DNA from: Marsupella aquatica
Taxonomy: Eukaryota > Plantae > Marchantiophyta
DNA: 64,000 nucleotides
NCBI GenBank assembly: GCA_973895155.1
Contig: OZ316894.1
Location: forward strand, 16,724,216-16,788,215
Direction: 5' to 3'
The notes beneath the pieces are model-generated. The model was given only the letters and a program-made list of their open reading frames with translations, ran no database searches and was not told the origin of the DNA. This document shows, one piece after another, positions 25,755 to 35,730 of the stretch; the stretch's first letter is position 1; every line of letters starts with the position of its first letter. The position numbers and the translations under genes are program-made.

Positions 25755-26652
25755 TGTCACGTCGTCGGCTGCGGCCTTAACTCAGACTTCAGCTTAGACG
25801 GGCACATCCCTCATAAATCTGAGGGTTCGGGCAGGAAGGGAAGCACGTAATGCACCTTATTCTCGTAAACTAGCGCTAAGTGCGCATACTGCTAAATACG
25901 GACACCTCCTAGATATGGTTTGTGTTCCGCCGCCGGAACATACCTTAGTCGATAGCAGGATCGACCCCGGCTTAAGGGCTTCTAAGCCTTCGTGCTGTCC
26001 GCCTTCGATTCGGATTTGATGATACAGGTCCTCAACCCGTGCTCGCAACCACTTACCCGCAGGCTGCACCCTGTGCACGTCTCGGGTAGTGCGTTCGGCC
26101 TGGCGCTACCACCCATATACGAGAGACCCACACACATACACACGCACATGCATACAATCTCGATTTACACGAAGGAAAATGATGGGAAAGGATTTTACTA
26201 CAAAGGGAACATATGCGTACACTTAGTTGACCCGACAGCCCCGGAATGAACAGGTTCAAGGCCGAGGGTGCACACTACAACGGAACCTGGCTCCGCACTC
26301 GCCCGACGAGCTTAGTCCTACCCCCTCCCCTTGGTACTCTTTCATTCCCAGAGGTCGGGACTCCCCGCACGTACCGCGGACGTCCAACTCTGCAACTAAA
26401 CCCCCCCCCTCGCCTCTACTGAGGGGTGCACTAAATACTAAGGGCCGAGGGACGGGGTGTCCTCTCGCCGAAGATTCGCTGACTAAGGTCCTAACTAAGC
26501 TGACAGTCAGGCCGGAAAATGGCTATGTCTTATTAGAAGATCCTAATCTACGCAGGCTGGACAGCATGGTAGCGCTGCTGTACCTAAGGCAGGTGTCTGT
26601 CCCAAGAGCCTGACTAAGCCAGTCCTAATCCTAATCTATTCCTACTCCGCTG

Positions 26653-28857
26653 CTAATGCCTGGCACGCTTGCCAGAGCCGCCCGAATGGGAGCGGCCATC
26701 CCGCTGCCTTCGAAGCCTGTCATTGTCCGCCTTGAGGAGCTGGACCTGGTCCAGCAGAGATTCATTCTCTCACCTCGCCGCGTCCGTCTCCTCTGCTGCC
26801 TCCTGACATGCCTCCTCCAGCTACTGGGCGTCGCTCGTCAGTTTACCCGCCAGCTGGTCCTGCTTCTCGGCCTCGGTTTGGAGCCACGCCACCTCGGCCT
26901 GTAGCATGGCTATCTCCGCCGTGTCCCACTGGGCCCATTCCTCGGCCTCCTCCAGGTCTTTCTGCCAGGTGACAGTTTGATTCTTCAAACTATCAATCTG
27001 GTTCCGGAGTCGTGTAATCTCGGCCTCGTTCCCAGCTTTGGCCTGTTCGGCTAGGGCGGTAAGAGCGTGCGCCTTTGCTAACAACTCATCGGCGGCTGCA
27101 ACTTTGGGTCGTAGTTGCAGAAGCTCAGCCTCTTGAGCCACAACTTCGTTCTTTAGGTACACGGACTCCACCCGGTACCGCTCTATCCTTTGAAGGGCCT
27201 CTGACTGGGCCCGACCTGCCTTTACTGCGGCAACCAACTCCTGATTGAAGAAACAGGCTACCTTCCGGGCCATGAACTCCCCGGTATCCCAGGCAATTTG
27301 ATGAGAGAAATCTCCTAGAAGCCCGTTAAGAAATGTACCCGGTACAAAGAGTTCCGGGTGGTCCAAGTTGTGCCTGTCCGGAGTTGGGCATGGGCAGACG
27401 TCAACACGCGCGGGGGCCGGGGCAGTGACGTCCAGCCCTGGGGACGTAACATTGGAAGGGGCTGGAGTGTCCTCCTGCAGCAATGTCTGGTTCTCCGGAA
27501 TAGCCACCGGTGGGTCTTTGGGAGACCCGGGCTCGGGTAAGACCTCCGCCGTACCGACTTCTGTACTTAGCCCGGCTTGTTGGGTCGCATCAACGGTTGC
27601 GACAACCGACCCATCCGGTACCTCCTCGGTTACGACTACAGCTACTTGAGGAGGTGGGGTGGGTGAAGCTGGCGTGTCCGCTGGACTTCGGGCTTCGGGT
27701 TGGGGCCGTCTCTCCAAGGCCGGGAAAACCCACCTAGCTGGGACCAGCTTTGTAACGTTGATACGGGGAAGGGTTCGTCGATCAAACCGGGCGTACCACT
27801 CAAGAATGATCTCGATGTGGCTAGCAAAATACGCCTTCCCGCCAATGTACAGCGTCTTCCTTCGCCGCTCCATCTCTTCATGGAATTTCTTAGCGAAGTA
27901 CGACGCCCACTTCCTAGGTCAATAGTTCTCGACCTGGATAACCTGGGCGACGGAGATCTCCCCCCGGGGTTCCATCATGTGGAGGGCGTACCTCTGGAAC
28001 TCCAGTCGCTCAGCTATCTCGGGGATGAGGCAGGTCTTCATCACGAACCCGTTGTCCACTGCTCCCTCTGAGGGAAAACTTGAAGATTGGTACTTGGCTC
28101 CCTTGCCCCCGGGAGCCCGTGATTCGACTCGATGGTCACCTTTGGGTAACCCGAAGATCATCCTGAGCCGTTCTTCCGTGAGGGACATACTCCTTCCCCG
28201 CAGCCGAGTATGTTGACGTGCGTCGTCATAATTCCTGACGAACTCCGTCATGTCCTCCCCGTAGTACCTGCAAGTGTTCCAGGGGAGGGAGGCGAGGTGC
28301 TCGAATTCCTGAGTCTTCAGGTACACCGCATGCTTGGGATGGAGGATGTTTTTGTGAACGTTTTCCCCCATGCGATGCATCGTCACCTTGGCTACGGCTA
28401 CCGTGGCCAACGGTAACCCGGATGCAGTGGTGGATTCCTTCCTCTTCTTCCCCCGTGATTGGCTCGAGGAAGGTGACACTTCCCCATCCTCCCGATCGGG
28501 CCTGGGTAGTGCCACTGCCGTTAGTAACGGGCCCGGGGCGCCCATGGTCACCATGTTGTCTGCCGGGGCCGCTCCTGGGGTCAGAGCAGGGGGTGGGGAC
28601 GACATAGTGTCGGCCCCCTGAGCGCTTGTTCCTCTGGGCCGCCTAGTCAAGGGTGGGGTAGTCTTGTCGTCATCGCTAAGATCCACAGCGTTGATGACGG
28701 AGCGTACTTGTGCTGGCTGGGCGATCGGTGGTGGGGTTTGGCTAGGCTGCGGCTGAGGCTGAAGCTGAAGCTGAGCCTGAGGTTGAGCCTGAGGTTGCAT
28801 GGGTACGGGTACGGGTTCGACTGAGTTGGTCATGTTGGTTGATGGCCGAGTTCCCAT
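26653..28857 (-). pseudogene. Roughly 730-codon accessory ORF of the nested element, with a putative plant-transposon (Athila-ORF/Transposase_32-like) domain and a C-terminal coiled coil; three in-frame stops
   Basis: ORFs 27919-29103 and 26821-27873 share one frame that continues to TAG at 26653. Core EFVRNYDDARQHTRLRGRSMSLTEERLRMIFGLPKG resembles EF..N......RG....T...L...GLP accessory domains of Gypsy elements. It also has a P/Q-rich N-terminus, a GKKRK basic patch and a heptad-rich C-terminus. Confidence 0.7.
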
Positions 28858-29376
28858 GAAGCTCTGTAGGTGCAGACGACCTTGTCGAACGGGTAGTGCT
28901 GGACTCGCTGTTGATGATAGCCCGAACCTGAGCAGGGATGTGGTTGAAGTGATGTCGTTGCAAGTCGATCGTACCCGGGATATTGAAGACCTCTTCCGGA
29001 AGCCGAAGCAATGCTTCCCAGAAACCGATATATTTGTCTCCGTTGAAGAAGTACCCAGATACTTCTGCTGGTCGGTAAAGCTCGCTCTGAGACGGGTAGT
29101 CAAAGTTAAGGATGTAGTGGTGTCGTCCTGCTAGGCGGATGGCTCTCTCGTACTCGCGTTCAATTTCGTATCGGCGCGGGTTGGCGTGTTTCAATGAGTC
29201 GGCCAAGTGCCTTCCGGTAGATAGGAACTGCGTCCAGAATCGAATGGCCGAGCTGGAGAGGATCGTGTGCAACATTCAGAGGAGATAGTAGTGGCAACTT
29301 AGAGCGAACGAGAGAGCTGGGGTCGAAGCTGGCGCGAGGACTGATGGACTGGTGCACTACAAAGGGTTGGCTCCCC

Positions 29377-29383
29377 TTTTATA
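29377..29383 (-). promoter_or_regulatory. TATA box (TATAAAA) inside the nested element, upstream of its ORFs
   Basis: Minus strand reads GGTATAAAAGGGGAG about 360 bp inside the right-hand terminus, a typical U3 position. Confidence 0.55.
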
Positions 29384-29741
29384 CCTTGAGGGCTTGTCGA
29401 TCCCCCGATGTCTCCTCGACGCCCATAGGTTGAACCGCTCACGCTTGTGGTGTATCGGCCACTCCGCCGGTCTGAGTCAGCGCGTGTCAGTGGCCGCTTC
29501 TTAAGTACGTTATACGGACCCGAGGGAGGGGCCCCTCCACGCTCGTAACCCGGGTGTGCGAATAGCGACCAGCCGCCAGTCCGAACCTGAATTCCCTCTT
29601 ATTGCCTAATGATGTCCTACCCATAATGATTACCTAAATACTGTCATTATTCTAATAATAGCGGCCTAAGACATTCCTAACGCGCGTGCCGAGCGCAGTT
29701 AGACCAAATCACTCATTAACCGCCGTACCGGCGGCGTCACA

Positions 29742-31983
29742 ATGACTACTCTCCCCCTCAACCCGGTCCGAGATGGGAGATTTCCCCTTGTCAGTATGGG
29801 AGTCCTGAAAACTCTCCACCTCCTTTGATGATCTAGATTCATTAAAAGACACATCTCTACTGACAATTAGCTTATAGGTTACTGAATCCCATAACCTATA
29901 ACCCTTCACACCTTTTTGATAGCCAAGGAAAATGCACTTCTTTGACTTGGACTCCAGCTTGGATCAAAGCTGGGAAGGTGTAAGCACATAAGCATCACAT
30001 CCAAAAATCCTCAGATGTGAGTAATCTGCTGGATGCCCACAACTCATTTCAAATGGCGTCTTGAATCCAATAGAACTGGATGGAGAAACATTTACCAAAG
30101 AAGTTGCAGTGTTGACAGCTTCAGCCCAAAACTCATGTGGTAAGCATGATTGACTCAACATACTCCTCGAGCGGTCCAATAGTGTTCAGTTGAGTCTCTC
30201 AGAAATACCGTTCTGCTGAGGAGTATAACTTGTTGTGAGATGGCGGGTAATCCCCTGCTCCTTATAATACGTTCCAAATTCTCCAGAACTATATTCACCG
30301 CCGTTATCCGATCGAAGATATCTCACCTTGTTACCAGTCTGAATTTCAACTTGGGCTTTCCACTCCTTAAAAGTGGCAAAAAAAACAAACTTACTATGTA
30401 GAAAGTATATCCACACATACCTTGAGTAATCATCAATGAACGTGACATAGTATAACCGTCAAGAATGTGAGGGAGTAGGGGTTGGACCCCACACATCACT
30501 ATGTACATACTCAAGTACCTCCTTGTTGGTGTGAGTTCCAACTCCGAAGGGTTTCCTGTGCTGCTTTCCAAACACACAATGCTCACAGAATTCTAACTTA
30601 CAAGATTGCAAATTAGAAAGTAATCCTTTCTTTTGAAGAATAACCAAACCTTTTTCACTCATGTGGCCCAAATGGAGGTGCCACAGCCGGGCCGTCTCCT
30701 CATGAGATAAGGTTACATTGGCTTCATCACAGACTACACTGCCCTCCAAAACGTATAGATTGCTATGTCTCTTTCCCTTCAATACAACTTTAGTACCAGT
30801 TAAAATTTGAAGGACACTTTTAGCAGAACTCCACTGATGGTCATTTGCTTCTAAAACTCCAAGTGAAATGAGATTTTTCATCATGCTGGAAATGTCTCAC
30901 ATTCCTCAACGTTCTTACAACACCATCAAACATCTGAAATCTAACAGATCCAAGTCCAACAACTTGACATGGGATTCCATTTCCCATCAACACTGAACCG
31001 TTGGAATCCGTGTAACAACTGAAAAAATCTTTCCTAGAGCAAATGTGAAAAGTACATGCACTATCTAGAATCCAGTCATCACTACCTGGATTTGACACTA
31101 CGTTGAGAGCATAACCTTGACATCACAATATGTCATCATCATCGAGTAAATCTACCTCATGCAAGCTTGATACCGCGTTAGCAGATGCAGTAGGGACCTT
31201 TACTTGACAATCCCTTTTCATGTGGCCAGGCTTGCCACAATTCCAACATGCAAGAGGCTTCCTCTCTTGCGATTTCCCTCTAGATTTAGATCTCCCCCGT
31301 GATGTAGATCTAAACCTATTCTGCCCATTTGAGCGTTGTGCTGCTCTTCCCTGATTCACGTTCAGTGCACTGCCAAAAGAAGATGCTGTCTGTGATTGAC
31401 CCAACTTCTTCTGAGCATCATCAGAGAGTAATGAGCTCACCACCTCATTATATGAAATGGACTTCAGATCTTTGTACAAGAGCACCTGTTTCAAGCCCTG
31501 ATATGACGACGATAAGGAGCTTAGCAGAAGCAAGGCCTTATTCTCATCTTCAACTCCTTTTCCCTGGTTTGACAGATCCATCGCTAGACTGTCAAACTCA
31601 TCCAAGTGATCCTGCATCTTTCTCCCTTCCTTGAGCCTGAGACTCATCAAGAGAGACTTCTTGTACAGCCGGTCTGACGCATCTTCCCGGTAGTACTTCT
31701 CTCTTAGAGCCTTGAACAGTGATGCGCAATCTGCATAATCATCCAACTGCTTGATGATGTGCGGCTTGAGATATAGCATCACAGCATTGACAACAATCAC
31801 TTGCTCTTGTCTCCACTGTCTCACAGAAATCTCCTCCTCTCCATTATACTACTCTTGCGATGAAAGCAGATGAGCTAAGCCCATGGCCCGAAGAACACCC
31901 TTTACTTTCTTCTCCCAGAGCAAGTAATCAGTACGACCATCGTACTTCTCCACCTCAAACTTCACTCCTCCAAATCTAGCCAT
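29742..31983 (-). pseudogene. Copia-2 gag, protease and integrase (stops and frameshifts)
   Basis: MARFGGVKFEVEKYDGRTDYLLW, zinc knuckle CWNCGKPGHMKRDC, protease WILDSACTFH, LWHLHLGHMS...CEHCVFGK, VHSDVWGP, LRSDNGGEY, PQQNGISER. Confidence 0.95.
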
Positions 31984-33904
31984 ATGTCTCTTCTTTCCAA
32001 CTACCAACAGCTCTGGTAGTAAGATAGCTTCCTCCACTGCACACCGTACAGGTGATTGTACCGGTGATACTAGTTCTTCCTCAAACGGTAGCAGCTCCTC
32101 CTCAGACTCACCGTCTGACCGTCGCAATCCTGAAGCTCCACTGACGCCAATTCTTCTAGTATCCTCCGAGTCACTCATATGAAACAATCACAAAAAAATG
32201 TCTTTTTTTGAAACTTCTCATAAAACTCAAAACTCAACACCGCCGCGTAGCTCACGAAGCTAGGAGTCCAATACTGAAAGCCGAAATCAAAATTTGACAA
32301 AAAAGTTATTCAAATTTCGATCGGGGTGGGTAAAACCTTGGGAAACTCCCCCATTTTGACCACCTCAGAGAATAACCAAAATACCCAGTACAACCCGTCG
32401 TCAGAATTGTGATGTGATTGATGTGCCGCGTTGCTAATTTCAATGGCTACCGCCACGCCAAAAAAGAACAAAAAAGTTACCGTTCGGCGGACGGAATCTT
32501 TGTCGGATGGCCAAAAAACAGCTCTCTGTTTTTTCAGGAATATTCCCGCACAGTCCAACAGGCCTCACAGGGGTCCATTCCCCTGTCCAAGCGGTTAAAA
32601 TGGAGGGCGACAGGTCCCGGCACAAGAGGAAAAGCAAAGGAGAAAGAAAATGCTAAAAATGGGGCCTAAAGGGGGTGCAAAGTCCCTAATTTCTAAAAAT
32701 ACAGGTATAAAAAAAGGCGCATCCGCGTATAGGCGATGCGAGGCGGGCCAGGCACTGTCCAGGGTCAAGGAGGGGAAAATACACGGCAGTATCGGGTGGC
32801 TGCATACACAGCCATGTATAGTCGCAAGGCCGGGCCGGGGGCGGAAAAACAGTCGCTGCCGCAACTCGCGAGGGGGGTCGGGCGAGCAGGATGGGGCCTG
32901 GCCGGGGTGAGCCGCGACTTAACGGCAGCCAACCGGGAGGACGAGCGACTAGGGAGAGGCGGGGCGCGGCAAAAAGGGAGGGAGTGGGCGGCGGGTCGCG
33001 CACCAGCCGGCGCTGCGTACCTCGTCGCTGTGTCTTGATTAACGGGGTGCGAGGGGGGGGGGGAAGAAACAACGTACGATCGGGTGAATACGGGGAGACT
33101 CGGGGTCAGGCCCGGGTGTGTGTACACACCTTTTGGTGTGTATACACACCAAGGGACCCCACTTAACCCCTTTAAAAAGCTCAAAAGAAAAAGCAATTTG
33201 CCACTCCAAAGGAAAACATCCCAGATTACACACCTTGCCGCCGTTTCCAATGGAAAAACAACGAGTTACTAACGGGAAATGTTGCCGAATCACATCGGCG
33301 CCGTCTGCAACTCCAGCATTGTAAAAGCTTCCGCCGTGTAGCCTTCACTCCGCGTCAAGTGCCAATCCCGGGCTCAAAACGACCGCCTCGCCGCCATCAA
33401 ACCGTTGAGCCGTAGCACTTTGCGTCTCTTCCACCGAGTCGGACGTCACGAAGAGAAACCCGGTTCAGATGAGAACAAGCTCCATAGCTTGTGAAAAAAC
33501 CTGAACGCCTCCGTGACGATTCACGTCACACTCGGTAACAACTCGGCAGCAACTCAATTACTGAAACGACCAGCTCGCTTCAACCTTCACTTTGAGCTAT
33601 AATGTGTGATCCCTCCCGCACCGCACAACTCACACCGTTGAAAAATGGGATCTCTCGTCTCTTCCCCGAAAAGCCGTCGAACACGAATAAAACCTGAACA
33701 ACGCAAATTTCAATTCCTCCGCACCACGGATACCGATCAGCGAGTTCTAACCACCGTTAGAAAGCCCTCTCACTAACCTATCCGCTCAGCCACACACATT
33801 TGAGATTCATGCAACAAAACTCCGAATGTGCCACCGACAATGAACGCTGGAAAAACCTGTCGTGAAAAAACCTCGTCACCTCCCAGGCATGCTCTGATAC
33901 CACT

Positions 33905-34248
33905 TGTTGAGCATAGACAACATTCGCAATGGCAAGCCCATAAACCATCCAACGCACAATAGTCGACACAGAGAGATACGTGGTTCACCTCCACATGAGG
34001 CTACGTCCACGGGAACACACAAGAGCTTTATTGCACTCTAGGCCGAACAGCCATACCAAGCATCCATAACACAAGCTCTCCCTATCTCTCAACTAGCTCC
34101 GTAACAATGAGCCTAAGTTCCACCAAGGTCTGGCATCAGCCCTGGCTATATGCATAACAGCACTACCGCTAACATTAGCTAAGTCCTAACCCGAGTTAGA
34201 CTAACTATAGTTAGCTCATGAGTCACAAGACTAGAGCAATATCTAACA
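33905..34248 (-). repeat. 5' LTR of Copia-2
   Basis: Follows the PBS by 2 nt; TGTTGAG...TCTAACA, then the TGATA TSD. Confidence 0.95.
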
Positions 34249-35539
34249 TGATAGTTAGCTGAATATTTGCAACAATTAAATGGTTGCCAAAATTATGGCA
34301 ACCGTAACCAACTCTGCATTTGGTACTAGGCAAGCCAAGTATTGTGAAAGCTGGTTGTTTAATTGCCCTAGAGTTTTGGACTGAAAGATGGAGAGCAGTA
34401 TCGAACACTCCACACCACACATTGAAGCATTCTATAAGTAGGTCGTGGGAGAAAGTGAAAGCAACAACACCACTTCAACATTAGAGAATTTTGAAGTCCA
34501 CAAATCTCCAAGAATCCGGAGGTAGGATCAAGCACCAACTATTACTTAGTCCATCAAACCAGCAAAATTGATCAAATCATGAATAGACTGAGTGATGGCA
34601 AGAAACAATCCGGAGTCAATGCTACGAGAAATTGGATGGATTAGAGACAAACTGAAAGGGATTCTAGGACAGAAAAGCAACAAGTCGGGTAATTGATCAA
34701 ATCATAAACATAGCGTAGAGTCGTGGCCCAGTTGAGAAACTGGTTGAGAGATTGATTTTGAGAGAGAGAAGAGAGATGCAGTGCAGAGCTCAATCAAGTA
34801 GAATTCAATCAGAGCGTTGTGGTCTGGTCAGTGGTCAATCTGGTGTCATTAGCGTATTGGGGCAGCCAGTGGAGAAAAGGAGAGGAGACAGAGGTTACAT
34901 AGAATCATTCCTGATGTAGGCTATGCACCGGAATCCGAGTGAGCCGTGCTGTTGCATGGATGGGTGGAGTTTGTGATGGGACCAATTTTCTGGGTTGTCC
35001 AATAAGAGAGCATCGGAGGTCAAAATGTTCAACAAGATTTCTTCTAAGCTGTGAACTAATTGGCAGTAGTCAGGGGTCCACTAACTATTTTCATAAAGAT
35101 TTGGCTTTGTTTGGTAAGAGCCTGAGTCTGTTTACACGCCCTTGAACTCAACTATTCTTGATTCTAATCCTCACACATCTGCTAGCCTACAATGTTGCAT
35201 GCTCCAAAGATGATAGTCTTTTGAAAAGTGTATCATCTGGCTGCCCTAGAATGTTGCATGCTCCAAAGATGACCCCCAACACTCAAATGAATAACAAATA
35301 AGATGGTCCTCTCTGTATGTCACCTAATTCACATGATGGACCCAAGATCTACCAGAAAGACCAAGAAGAAGGGATCCAGTGGATGAGTACTGAGACGTAC
35401 ATTCACCTTTAGTATGATGACTTTTAGAGATCAGAAACTCCTTGTCATTCCAAAATGAAAAGCTCTAAGCCATGATCAGGGATTTGATTAGGGTGGCTTA
35501 TGAGAACTTGGGGGCAGCAATTTCCTTTTTCTATGTGTG

Positions 35540-35730
35540 AGATGCAATCCCAGCCATTCAAATGTGGAAACAGGCCAGAATTCACTTTACACATGAACTT
35601 GGGGGCACAATCAAGCACAACCATTACCAAATGTAGTCATCTATTAGTGGGCCCCTTTTTAGGCTGATGTGTACATGTTTTGTTTTGTAAAAAACTTAGA
35701 CCTCACCTTGAGGTGGTCTAAAAAAATGGA
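35540..35730 (+). repeat. Dispersed repeat family B, copy 1
   Basis: CAGGCCAGAATTCACTTTACACATGAACTTGGGGGCACAATC...TAGTGGGCCCC...AAAAACTTAGAC...TTGAGGTGGTCTAAA matches 59505-59830. Confidence 0.7.

Larger units (their letters stand above)
25755..29741 (-). mobile_element. 3987-bp nested insertion with TG...CA termini and 5-bp TSD; probable solo LTR of a Ty3/Gypsy-type element that contains a gene
   Basis: TSD ATGAC at 25750-25754 and 29742-29746; the homologous site in Copia-1 (about 19049) has a single ATGAC. Ends TGTCACGTCGTCGG and CCGGCGGCGTCACA form an 11/14 inverted match. No internal direct repeat, no gag/pol, GC-richer than the host element. Confidence 0.85.
23420..34248 (-). mobile_element. 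Full-length but pseudogenised Ty1/Copia LTR retrotransposon (Copia-2, Tnt1/Tork-like gag), interrupted by a nested insertion
   Basis: 344-bp TG...CA LTRs at 23420-23763 and 33905-34248. TSD TGATA at 23415-23419 and 34249-34253. PBS TGGTATCAGAGC at 33891-33902; PPT at 23764-23774. Domain order gag-PR-INT-RT-RH. Confidence 0.96.

Noticed and set aside
25755-29741. Ginger or other DNA transposon identity for the nested TGT...ACA unit
   Set aside because: No integrase or DDE ORF is visible and the inverted match is only about 14 bp and imperfect. An LTR origin fits better, though trans-mobilisation is not excluded.
32418-33324. Many short ORFs in the Copia-2 leader
   Set aside because: GC-rich low-complexity sequence; the frames do not appear to be conserved in the homologous Copia-1 leader.
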